The translations under genes and the position numbers were made by a program. This document shows positions 1 to 8,123 of a stretch of 32,000 bases of DNA, piece after piece; position 1 is the first letter of the stretch, and each line of letters starts with the position of its first letter. A model generated the notes under the pieces. The model saw only the letters and a program-made list of their open reading frames with translations. It was not told the origin of the DNA and did not search any database. The stretch lies in assembly GCA_020353515.1 (NCBI GenBank), contig CP070695.1:2261921-2293920 (forward strand), read 5' to 3'. Source of the stretch: Candidatus Heimdallarchaeota archaeon. GTDB lineage: Archaea; Asgardarchaeota; Heimdallarchaeia; Hodarchaeales; Hodarchaeaceae.

Positions 1-1
1 T

Positions 2-391
2 ATGGTTCACTCAATTGGTGCGGATATGGTGATTGATTATACACAAGAAGATTTCACGCTGAAGGAGGAGAGGTATGACCTCATTTTTGATGCTGTGGCC
101 AAGAGTTCGTTTTCGGATTGCAAACCAATTTTGAAGTCTAATGGGAGATATGTAACAACAGCGTTTTCTCCGGGCCTTGTTTTAAAGGGGAAATTGGGAA
201 GAAGTGATAAGAAGATGATTCCATATGTGGCAAATCCCACAAAGAGTGATTTGATCTTCTTAAAGGATCTTCTTGAAGCTGGAAAATTAAAACCAGTCAT
301 CGATCGATGTTACACTTTGGAGCAAGTTCCAGATGCAATCCGCTATCTTGAAGAAGGTCATGTCAAAGGAAAACTCATAATCAATTTATAA
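2..391 (+). CDS. C-terminal part of a medium-chain dehydrogenase/reductase (zinc-type ADH / NAD(P)H:quinone oxidoreductase family); 5' end is outside the window
   Basis: The ORF is open to the window edge. The tail ...AGKLKPVIDRCYTLEQVPDAIRYLEEGHVKGKLIINL is a typical MDR-family C-terminus. Confidence 0.7.
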   Translation: MVHSIGADMVIDYTQEDFTLKEERYDLIFDAVAKSSFSDCKPILKSNGRYVTTAFSPGLVLKGKLGRSDKKMIPYVANPTKSDLIFLKDLLEAGKLKPVIDRCYTLEQVPDAIRYLEEGHVKGKLIINL

Positions 392-406
392 AACGAGGTA
401 ACATTT

Positions 407-1069
407 TTGAGTATAGATTCATCTTGGAAAGGAGTGTACAAGGCGAGTGGACTCTCCTTACTCGTAGGTGGAGCCATCGTTATCATATTCCTTCTCTTAG
501 TATTCATATTTCAAGTACAACTTCCACTAACCGCACAATCAGTTCTTGATGCCCCCCTACAACCAGCCCTTTTATTTTCCTTAGCTGCTTTCGGAGAGTT
601 TCTTCTGATGCCTGGAGTACTGGGACTCTACTTCTCTCTAAAGGATGTTAATAAGAATCAGGTATTTCTAGGAACTGCAGTGTTTTTAATTGCTATACCA
701 ATGTTTCTAATCTCTCGTGGACAAGTAATATCACTTGTTGCAATTAGTGGTAGTTATGCAGCAACAACAGATGCGACCATGAAAGCAGCTTACTTAGCAA
801 CGGCACACCTTGCACTTGAAGTATCAGGTGTGTTTGCTATCATGGCCTTGGCCCTGTTTGGCATCGGATCTGTCATTATAGGCTTAGTTATGTCGAAGGG
901 AGTTTTTGGCAAACGCATAGCTTATTTGGTCATTATCGCAGGCACCTTGACTGTCCTAGGCACCTTCGGAGTCTTACTGGAGCCACTGACTATAGGAACA
1001 CTATTTGGATTGATTCTATCAGGTATCTGGCAAATAATCCTTGGTGTTAAGCTCTACAAACTAGGATAA
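407..1069 (+). CDS. Polytopic membrane protein (about 6 hydrophobic segments; DUF4386-like by eye)
   Basis: 220-aa ORF with a TTG start 16 nt after the upstream stop. It has repeated 20-25-aa hydrophobic stretches. No catalytic motif was recognised. Confidence 0.5.
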   Translation: MSIDSSWKGVYKASGLSLLVGGAIVIIFLLLVFIFQVQLPLTAQSVLDAPLQPALLFSLAAFGEFLLMPGVLGLYFSLKDVNKNQVFLGTAVFLIAIPMFLISRGQVISLVAISGSYAATTDATMKAAYLATAHLALEVSGVFAIMALALFGIGSVIIGLVMSKGVFGKRIAYLVIIAGTLTVLGTFGVLLEPLTIGTLFGLILSGIWQIILGVKLYKLG

Positions 1070-1147
1070 CCTACCTAGCACCTTGCCTACAGATTAATAT
1101 TATCTACACCTAGGTTAGTACTAAAATATTGTTTAAAGGTACTGTAA

Positions 1148-1585
1148 TTATTGAGGGCAGAATTTTACTTCTGTTTGTGAAGCAATCCATATCTCTACTC
1201 CCATTTCTTTCATCTTTTTCATATTCTCTATAGTCTTCGCATGATTGGGAGCTTGTTCCCCAAATTCAACTAACTTATCACAAACAAAATTTGTACATTC
1301 AAAGCAGTAGGTCAAGCCTTGTTCAGTAGCACAGGTTCGGAAGTGGCATTCCGAAGTCCAACAATCATCTGCATTCCCTCTGCACTTTTCGCAAGACACA
1401 GAAGTAATGCTCGAATCTACATTTTCCTTAAAGAATTTAACTAGTCCTTTATGTAATTCATCATTCCCATGTGACGCATGATAAATATCACATGCCGTAC
1501 AATTTAGGCCACAAAAACTAAGTTCCCATTCTGGGTTTGTATCTTTATTCATTACTGTTCTCCACAATTCGTCACTATTACTCAC
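1148..1585 (-). CDS. Cysteine-rich DUF3795-like protein
   Basis: 145 aa with Cys clusters (CGLNCTACDIY ... CEKCRG ... CW..EC..R.C ... YCFEC..FVC) typical of DUF3795. GTG start. Confidence 0.6.
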   Translation of the reverse strand: MSNSDELWRTVMNKDTNPEWELSFCGLNCTACDIYHASHGNDELHKGLVKFFKENVDSSITSVSCEKCRGNADDCWTSECHFRTCATEQGLTYCFECTNFVCDKLVEFGEQAPNHAKTIENMKKMKEMGVEIWIASQTEVKFCPQ

Positions 1586-1591
1586 ACTAGG

Positions 1592-2395
1592 TTAACTATT
1601 ACTCATCACAATTCTATTTTCCTTTATAAAAGCAAGTTGTCGTCCGAGTGCACTAATCTTTCCTTCTTCAGTCCAAAGTTCCACATCTGTTTCCGTGAGA
1701 CCATTGGTAGTAAAACGAGTTTTCGAGACAAACCCTAAAGAATTACCTGTTGGGATATTTCTAACTTGAACTGTTAGCTCAATTGTTGGTACCCATGCTA
1801 GAGGACCTGTTTTTCGTAGAATGGGAGGTGGGGTTGCATCCACAAACAGTAACACCGATAGTGCATCCATCGGACGGTTATCATAGAAACTTAAATAACC
1901 AGAAAAAACGGTATCTTTTCCTTCTACTCCCTGCAACCAGTCCAACTGATCATGGGGAACGGATAATCTAACTTGTTTGAAAAAGGACAGGGGGGAATCA
2001 GGGATCTCTATACACTCGGACGGATCAGGTAACGTAGGTTGTTTCTGAACTAGAGTCATTCCGCTAAATGCATCCTTCTGAGTGAACATTCCCATGTAAG
2101 AAATCACTTCTGTTTTTTTCTGAATTAGTGAAATTTTCGCGGTAATTGTCCTCTTACTCTTTATAATACGATCAATAATCAGTTCAGCATGACCAGGAGA
2201 TGTTGGTTTGTGATAGTAAGCAGTCATTGATAAAGGAATCTGGTATTCAGAGATACTTGAAATTACCTTCCCTGCTATTGCCATCAGGTATCCCCCATTC
2301 GGAGCTACTATGTTCCAGTCACTGGAAATTTTCGTTTCAAATCGATTCTCTTCTGTACGCTTCACATGTACATCGTGGTCGAATTTAAAGTCCAT
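1592..2395 (-). CDS. Thioesterase-like (acyl-CoA thioesterase / 4HBT_3 double hot-dog family) protein
   Basis: 267 aa. The N-terminal W.I.APNGGYLMAIA and C-terminal LAWVPTIELTVQ motifs resemble the TesB-like thioesterase superfamily. Confidence 0.6.
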   Translation of the reverse strand: MDFKFDHDVHVKRTEENRFETKISSDWNIVAPNGGYLMAIAGKVISSISEYQIPLSMTAYYHKPTSPGHAELIIDRIIKSKRTITAKISLIQKKTEVISYMGMFTQKDAFSGMTLVQKQPTLPDPSECIEIPDSPLSFFKQVRLSVPHDQLDWLQGVEGKDTVFSGYLSFYDNRPMDALSVLLFVDATPPPILRKTGPLAWVPTIELTVQVRNIPTGNSLGFVSKTRFTTNGLTETDVELWTEEGKISALGRQLAFIKENRIVMSNS

Positions 2396-2401
2396 AAACA
2401 G

Positions 2402-3076
2402 TCATCCTGATTCTATTTCCTTGATGATTTCATTCGAGGGAAGAACTCGAGCGAAACCAGCCCGTAGAACTTTTAATTCTGCTTCATGCATTTCTGGGTC
2501 ATTTGTTGAAGTTACATCGCTCCCCAGAACGACTTTGAACCCTCTCTCGTATCCTTGACGTGCTGTCATCCCACAACAATAATTTGTTAAGGTTCCACAA
2601 ATGATGATTGTATCTCTTCCCTGATTCCGTAGAATAGTTTCTAGAGGAGTGTCATAGAAAGCTCCATAGGAGGGTTTGTAGATCACGATTTCCCCTGCTA
2701 ATGGAGAGATTTCATCCCAAATATGTCCGTCTCTGAATATGGCAGGATCCTCAATTCCAAGATCGGGGTACCGGTTTGGCATCAAGTCTCCTGTGAGTGG
2801 TCGATCTTGACGGAAATGGGTATATGTCACTGCCGTATAAATGATTGGAATTCCTTTTGTCCTACAGGCAACTATCAGTGTCTTGATTCTTTCAACTTGT
2901 CGTGTGGCTTCTGGAATCCAAAAGGGTGTCCAATGAGGTTTAACAAACTCATCTTGCATGTCCACGACAATGAGTGCGGATTTATTTGCTTTTACTGAAA
3001 ACTTTGCATCCCCTTCTTCATAAGCTGTTTTTGCTAAGGCTATGATTTGCGCTTCCGTGAATTCACCCAATTTCAT
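2402..3076 (-). CDS. Isochorismatase-family cysteine hydrolase
   Basis: 224 aa. It has ALIVVDMQDEF near the N-terminus and IIICGTLTNYCCGMTAR (catalytic Cys region), the characteristic isochorismatase/nicotinamidase fold motifs. Confidence 0.8.
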   Translation of the reverse strand: MKLGEFTEAQIIALAKTAYEEGDAKFSVKANKSALIVVDMQDEFVKPHWTPFWIPEATRQVERIKTLIVACRTKGIPIIYTAVTYTHFRQDRPLTGDLMPNRYPDLGIEDPAIFRDGHIWDEISPLAGEIVIYKPSYGAFYDTPLETILRNQGRDTIIICGTLTNYCCGMTARQGYERGFKVVLGSDVTSTNDPEMHEAELKVLRAGFARVLPSNEIIKEIESG

Positions 3077-3113
3077 TAGCTATACCTCTGACAATTTCCT
3101 TCTCAAAATTCCT

Positions 3114-3512
3114 TTATTGACTTTTTTGCTCTAAAGTTGCTTTGGCCTTTTCTAGATCATCGACTCCTAATACTAGTCGATTATTGGTTGCTAAGTAAAC
3201 GAGATTAATGTTGATATCACTATTGGTTATTTTGCGAGTGATTCTTCCCAATTCACCAGGACGATCCTTAATATTCACTACAAGCACTTCTCGTTCCTCT
3301 ATCACTTCAATATTAGCTTCCTCTAGTACACGACGAGCTTTGGTTGTGTCTTCGATTAAGATATGAAGCTCTCTCTTTCCTATACATCGGCATCCAGTTA
3401 TCCCATCTATATTGATGTTTGCTTTTCCAAGTATTTCTCCTGTCTCAGCTAGAGTACCAGGTCGATCTTCTCCTCTTATCGTTAAATCTTTCGTATTATT
3501 TTCCTCACTAAT
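3114..3512 (-). CDS. Tandem ACT-domain (small-molecule-binding regulatory) protein; start codon unresolved
   Basis: Two ACT-like repeats: IRGEDRPGTLAETGEILGKANINI... and VNIKDRPGELGRITRKITNSDININ.... The frame is open up to 3515, but it has no ATG, GTG or TTG upstream of the internal GTG at 3305. Confidence 0.55.
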   Translation of the reverse strand: MSEENNTKDLTIRGEDRPGTLAETGEILGKANINIDGITGCRCIGKRELHILIEDTTKARRVLEEANIEVIEEREVLVVNIKDRPGELGRITRKITNSDININLVYLATNNRLVLGVDDLEKAKATLEQKSQ

Positions 3513-4438
3513 TTTCTAATATTTACTAATGTATCAATCGCATTCAACATCTTCTTTAGACTCTTTTTATCAATAATCCTTAGCTCTCTGACATTTTCTT
3601 TCAGGTTCAGGAAAAGTGAGAGATGAACGCTTTCTACAATTAATCTTTTATAGATAGTTTTAAAGCCACTGGTACACCATTCCTTCTGTATAAAGGGAAT
3701 AAGATGATTCTAAATGTTTTCTAATTCTTATACTACCTTTACTTTTAAATTTACAGGATCTAAAAAGCAATTTTTTCAAAAGATAACTAAATGGGCAACC
3801 ACCACTGATGTAGGTAAAAAATATCAGACAGAGGATAATCCGTTTACTCTTCAAAGAGGTAGAAGAATTTTCCAATTTTTCCTCACCGTAGAATCTTCCT
3901 CTCTTCTTGATGTGCTGGTTATTGGTTTTGCTAAAGGTGATCATCCCGCCTTAATTCTATGTATTCCATGTACTTGTTGGTTTGGCGAATATCCTGGTCT
4001 TAAGCCAAATAAAGCTCTCTGTCCTCCTCACAAGGGCTTACTCCCTGGCCCTGAGAGGAGAGGATGGGACCATATGATGAATTTGTTTGATTTTTTGGAG
4101 GTCACCGATTATCAAACTGAGGAAAAGCGCGGGGTTTTCAATGGGAGTGTGTCCAATTCTCAGGGGCCTACCATTACTGACAGATAATTTCTTCTGTTTT
4201 CACCTAGTATCTGCTAGTAGTTGTTCCACATCAAGAATAGGAACACGAGATGGTCAAAAGATAATGTTATTATCTTCAAGGATCGATGGAAATCAGTTCG
4301 TCAATGTGTTTTCTTTTCTTGGTTAACTCAACTCCCTTTTTAAAAGCCTCCTCCTGATTCATATGCGAGTTTAGTTTCTAAAAATGTCTCAAAGGAAGGT
4401 TTTCATAACTGATTTTCAAATGATAATATGGGGTTAAT

Positions 4439-4819
4439 TTGCGGAAGCTCCTTGTTTTTCAACCTAATAAAAAATGGGTTTTATTGATCGTATTTATCTC
4501 AGGTATTATGCTTGGGGGAGCTATCTTTTTTTATCAGGTTGTTGAATCTTTGTTTATCATTTGGCAAGATAATCAACGGGTACCTTGTGACCAATTGCCT
4601 ACTATGAGCCAAGCAGAACAAATTTATAATGAACATCTCGACACAGTTGAGCAAATTGAAAATATTAGCCCAGGTAAAGTCTTCGTGTCATTAGTAGAGC
4701 GTTCTCCTGGCAAAGGGGAAGTAGAAATCGAGTATGATACAATGAGTACTCGAAACCAGATTAAGGATCTAATTGGGGGTACTTTTTTTGGGATCCCTTA
4801 TATCATGCACAATGTCTAA
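4439..4819 (+). CDS. Hypothetical small membrane-anchored protein (one N-terminal TM helix)
   Basis: 126-aa ORF. Its TTG start is preceded by GGGGT (Shine-Dalgarno-like) about 5 nt upstream. It has a hydrophobic segment (WVLLIVFISGIMLGGAIFFY) and no recognisable domain. Confidence 0.35.
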   Translation: MRKLLVFQPNKKWVLLIVFISGIMLGGAIFFYQVVESLFIIWQDNQRVPCDQLPTMSQAEQIYNEHLDTVEQIENISPGKVFVSLVERSPGKGEVEIEYDTMSTRNQIKDLIGGTFFGIPYIMHNV

Positions 4820-5157
4820 GGTTAGCAATCAAAGCGTAATCGGTGCGGATACAATTATTGAAACTAGTGAAATTAAACTATTGATTGTTATATTATCATG
4901 ATTTTATCCAAAATGAGCTCAAGTAAAAGGAAGATAATAAGATATTGATGAAGATAAAGAAGATGACTGAGCTATTAGATGTCAAGCGATTACTTTGATA
5001 CATATTTCTTTTGAAGTGAGACATTGTAACTTTTTAGATAACCAATTGTTCATAAGGAGTTCGGAGCACTAGTACTCCTAATAGTTTATGTGACGATTAA
5101 TGAATTAATTGTTTGTGAGAAGATAAAACTCTTGAGTTTTCTTGGAGAATTCCTCTT

Positions 5158-6720
5158 ATGACCGTAGATAATTTAGAAAATTTATCCAAATTAGAATTAA
5201 TTGGCATGGTCAAGAAATTACAAATGTCGGATAATCGTTTTCAGTCATTAGTAGAGCATACTTCAGACGCTCTCTTCTGTTATGAATATAATCCTCCCAT
5301 TTCAATTGATCTCCCAATTGAGATCCAGGTTGAGATGTTTTACAATGGAGTTCTCGTTGAATGTAACGATATTGCAGCAAAAACATATGGATATTCCCAG
5401 GCGTCTGAAGTACTTGGAAAAAGCCTTACTGAATTATTCAAGGCTGTTCCAGGAAGTTTGGATGATTTTTTCAGGTCTTTTATTGAAAGAGGATATCGAA
5501 CAATTAATGCTGAGGCTTCTGAGACTTTGGAGGATGGATCTAAGCGTTATTTTCTTAATAACGGCCATGCAGTAATTGCTAATAGACACGTTGAGCGGGT
5601 TTGGGGAGCCTATCATGAAATCACAGAAATTAAAGAGGTAGAGGAAAAATTACGGGAAAGTGAACAGAAATTTAGGTTGTTCATTGAAGCATTACCCCAG
5701 CCTGTATGGATCTATCAGGATTATCAGTGTCAGTATGCTAATCCTGCTGCTGAACGAACAACAGGTTATTCAATTGAAGAACTTGCTTTCATGAAATTTT
5801 GGGATTTCCTCCACTCTGATTATAAAACCCTGGCTATGGAGGGGGCTAAGAATTTAGAGAAGAGTGGATCCCCGTCTTTGACAAGTTCTTTAGTTAAAAT
5901 TATTACAAAATCTGGGGATGAGAGATGGTTAGACGCGAGGTTAGAACTGACTGAATACGAAGGGAGACGAGCGGTTCTAGTCAGCGCAATGGACATTACT
6001 GAACGTAGAGAGGCAGAGAAAGTCAGACGAGAACTTGAACATCGCCGTGATAATTTCATTTGGATGGCCAGTCATGAATTACGGACACCTTTAACCGTGA
6101 TCATCGGCTATATTGACTTTCTCGAGGACCATTTAGGTCGTATTGAACCTGATCGGCAAGAGAAGATTTTTGAGGCAATTCGCAACAGTCTCACTCGACT
6201 TGAACGCTTAACAGATGATGTTTCCATCATTGCTCAACTCCAGCGTGGAGTGTTTACAACCAAGCTTTCCGACTTTGAGTTCTGTACATTTTTCTCTGAG
6301 ATTACAGGAACTTATTATAATCTCTTGGGTGAACAATTTGAATTTTTTGGCTGTCAAACGGAAGATCCCATACTCATTAAAGGAGATAAGGATCGTCTTC
6401 AGCAAGTGTTTGACAATCTTATCAATAATGCGGTTAATCACACCCACCCTAAGCAACGATTGATTAAATTCAAGTTAGAGGTTCTTCCTGTCACTCTCCG
6501 GATAGAAATTGTTGATAACGGAGCTGGGATAGCCCCTGAGAATCTTGACAAGATCTTTGACCAATTTGTGTCTTTTGAAACAGAATTTTCTGCTTCTGGG
6601 ACAGGTATAGGCTTATTTATATCACATAAAATTTTAGAGGCTCATAAAGGGTCAATAATGGCCCAAAGTGAGGGCCTTGGTAAGGGTTCTACTTTTATAA
6701 TTACACTACCACGATTTTGA
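5158..6720 (+). CDS. Cytoplasmic sensor histidine kinase: two PAS domains + HisKA + HATPase_c
   Basis: H-box MASHELRTPLTVIIGY, N-box DNLINNAVNHT, G1 VDNGAGI, G2 GTGIGLFISHKI. There are two PAS-like segments upstream and no TM helix. Confidence 0.9.
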   Translation: MTVDNLENLSKLELIGMVKKLQMSDNRFQSLVEHTSDALFCYEYNPPISIDLPIEIQVEMFYNGVLVECNDIAAKTYGYSQASEVLGKSLTELFKAVPGSLDDFFRSFIERGYRTINAEASETLEDGSKRYFLNNGHAVIANRHVERVWGAYHEITEIKEVEEKLRESEQKFRLFIEALPQPVWIYQDYQCQYANPAAERTTGYSIEELAFMKFWDFLHSDYKTLAMEGAKNLEKSGSPSLTSSLVKIITKSGDERWLDARLELTEYEGRRAVLVSAMDITERREAEKVRRELEHRRDNFIWMASHELRTPLTVIIGYIDFLEDHLGRIEPDRQEKIFEAIRNSLTRLERLTDDVSIIAQLQRGVFTTKLSDFEFCTFFSEITGTYYNLLGEQFEFFGCQTEDPILIKGDKDRLQQVFDNLINNAVNHTHPKQRLIKFKLEVLPVTLRIEIVDNGAGIAPENLDKIFDQFVSFETEFSASGTGIGLFISHKILEAHKGSIMAQSEGLGKGSTFIITLPRF

Positions 6721-6818
6721 CCTCTTGAGTAATCTAGCAGATAAGATAGTTTGTCTCAGTAGATTTATAATTTTCTACTTGCCATTTTATGGCTAGAACA
6801 TTAAGTAAGGGAGGAGAT

Positions 6819-6914
6819 ATGGCCTTTAATGTGAATAATTGCTTTGGATGTGGTCTTTGTGTCACCAGATGTCCCGAAGATGCCATAGCAATGATTAAAC
6901 GTGCTTTAGCCTGA
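6819..6914 (+). CDS. 31-aa mini-ORF carrying a single 4Fe-4S ferredoxin motif (CxxCxxCxxxCP); either a micro-protein or the 5' remnant of a ferredoxin-domain gene
   Basis: MAFNVNNCFGCGLCVTRCPEDAIAMIKRALA*. GGAGGAG sits 4 nt upstream of the ATG. The ORF is below the ORF-track size cutoff. Confidence 0.35.
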   Translation: MAFNVNNCFGCGLCVTRCPEDAIAMIKRALA

Positions 6915-6931
6915 ATTCGGTTCTACATTGA

Positions 6932-7072
6932 ATTCTCTCAATCCCCACAGATACTACTATAACGACTGGTGAACCTGGTACCCCGCGTATTACCTCCTCT
7001 CCTAGTTTCCTTACTCTTTCATTATTCCTAGGTAGTCTTGTAGTGTTCATTCGGAGGTTCAAGAAAACATAA
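6932..7072 (+). pseudogene. Start-less 46-codon fragment resembling the C-terminal sorting/anchor signal of a surface protein
   Basis: ...TDTTITTGEPGTPRITSSPSFLTLSLFLGSLVVFIRRFKKT*. This is a Thr-rich linker, a hydrophobic helix and a basic tail. There is a stop immediately upstream and no start codon. Confidence 0.2.
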
Positions 7073-7194
7073 TAAGTAATAAAAAGCAAACATCCCACTT
7101 CATTCATTTTTTTTGGACTTAAAAAGGAAATCTGGTTTCTAACTTTGTCATGTGATTCTTCACCATCAATGCATAGAGAGTTGTATGGTCAATA

Positions 7195-8103
7195 ATGATG
7201 GAAGAGACTGGCCAGTTAGTTTCTAGCTTTGTCAGGAGTTTAGAAACTCATCCTAATGGAAAAGCAATTATAGGGATTGTTGAAACAATCTTAGCTGACG
7301 ATACAGGGGCCATTGACTCTGCCTACATTAAAGCCCTCAAGGAATTGAGTAATAATAATATGGCTTTACTTGTCGATTTCTGGATTTTACGTGGAATGAT
7401 CCTGAAAGAAGAGGGTCAAGACCCTGAGGCGGTCCAATTATTTTTTGAGGCAACCCAATGGCTTCCTGATGATGTAAGTATCTGGCTACGGATCGCAGAT
7501 ATTTTTAAGGCAAAAAATGAACTTCTTAAAGCATCTTTTTTCCTTACTGAGGCTCAATCACGTTTAAAATCCCATGAATCCATTACAGATGAGTTGAGCT
7601 CGCTGTTACGCCAAATAGAGAAGCGTCTTTCTCTTCCCCCAGGAATTCCACCTCAGACGAATGAAGAAGCTGAACTTCAGGATAAGTCAAACACGATGAA
7701 ACAACCTGAAGTGGATGAAGCAACTCCTCTTTCAACTGTCTCTATTCCCTCAGTTCGACCAAAAAGCTGCTTTAAGATCCCTCCTGAAGCTGAAAATGTC
7801 TGGAACCTTGCATTAGAATGTTTTGAAGAGGGTACTAAAGGAGATAATCTAATCTATCTTAATGCCTTTATTCATTACGCTCATTCGACGGTGAGAGAGG
7901 TTTTAGGTTTAGATGGGAACTTTAAAGCAGGATTAGACGCTAAAGTGGCTCAGTATGGACTGTTTAATTTCCAACGTTTTTTTAATAACCTTAATTCTCT
8001 CAGGAATGCTGTTGTTCATGATAACTACCTTCTCTCTAAAGAAGAGGCTCAAGATATCCATACTCACGTTACTGAGTTTCTAGCTTTTATGCAAAAGCAA
8101 TAG
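7195..8103 (+). CDS. TPR-like N-terminal region + disordered linker + C-terminal HEPN-like domain protein
   Basis: The C-terminal ~105 aa is helical and carries SLRNAVVHDNY (Rx4H; R at 8002-8004, H at 8017-8019). The N-terminus has TPR-like helices (ILRGMILKEEGQDPEAVQLFFEATQWLPDD...). Confidence 0.5.
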   Translation: MMEETGQLVSSFVRSLETHPNGKAIIGIVETILADDTGAIDSAYIKALKELSNNNMALLVDFWILRGMILKEEGQDPEAVQLFFEATQWLPDDVSIWLRIADIFKAKNELLKASFFLTEAQSRLKSHESITDELSSLLRQIEKRLSLPPGIPPQTNEEAELQDKSNTMKQPEVDEATPLSTVSIPSVRPKSCFKIPPEAENVWNLALECFEEGTKGDNLIYLNAFIHYAHSTVREVLGLDGNFKAGLDAKVAQYGLFNFQRFFNNLNSLRNAVVHDNYLLSKEEAQDIHTHVTEFLAFMQKQ

Positions 8104-8123
8104 GATTCGATAATTGAGACTTT

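Noticed and set aside
37-3000. Short ORFs at 37-300 (-), 1783-1971 (+), 2200-2388 (+), 2310-2558 (+) and 2723-2998 (+)
   Set aside because: They are embedded antisense or out of frame within longer ORFs that carry recognisable enzyme motifs.
3985-4012. tRNA-Leu(UAA)-like anticodon stem-loop on the minus strand (UUUGG-CUUAAGA-CCAGG), possibly an att-site tRNA fragment
   Set aside because: There is no T-arm, D-arm or acceptor stem nearby. The stem relies on two G-U pairs.
3993-4056. TPP riboswitch (CUGAGA box and CCUGGUCUUAAGCCA)
   Set aside because: The elements are in the wrong order for a THI element, the ACCC...UGAUCUGG core is missing, and there is no thiamine gene downstream.
4073-4120. 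C/D-box sRNA (AUGAUGA at 4073-4079, CUGA at 4117-4120)
   Set aside because: There are no convincing internal D'/C' boxes. The spacing to a C'-like element is wrong, and there is no terminal stem flanking the boxes.
3945-4190. SRP (7S) RNA or RNase P RNA
   Set aside because: I looked on both strands for helix-8 GGAA/GNAR + AGCA and for GAGGAAAGUCC / ACAGAA..GGCUUA.
- Only partial look-alikes were found: GGCCCUGAGAGGAGAGG, GAGGAAAAGCGCGGGG on the + strand, and ACAGAGAG...GGCUUAAG on the - strand.
- These are on conflicting strands and at the wrong spacing.
3660-4326. ORF-track entries 3660-3944 (-), 3714-4187 (+) and 4087-4326 (+) as real genes
   Set aside because: They overlap one another, are low-complexity, and have no motifs or SD-like signals. 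The region is treated as unexplained in the findings instead.
4946-5030. C/D-box-like UGAUGA ... CUGA strings in the intergenic region upstream of the kinase
   Set aside because: Only a half-unit fits. The putative second half has degenerate boxes and a 24-nt spacer, which is too long.
5282-6463. Five 60-97-aa ORFs inside the histidine kinase gene
   Set aside because: They are alternative-frame or antisense shadows of a gene with complete HisKA/HATPase motifs.
6895-7107. 70-aa minus-strand ORF
   Set aside because: It has no motifs, and it overlaps the more interpretable plus-strand remnants. It is likely spurious.
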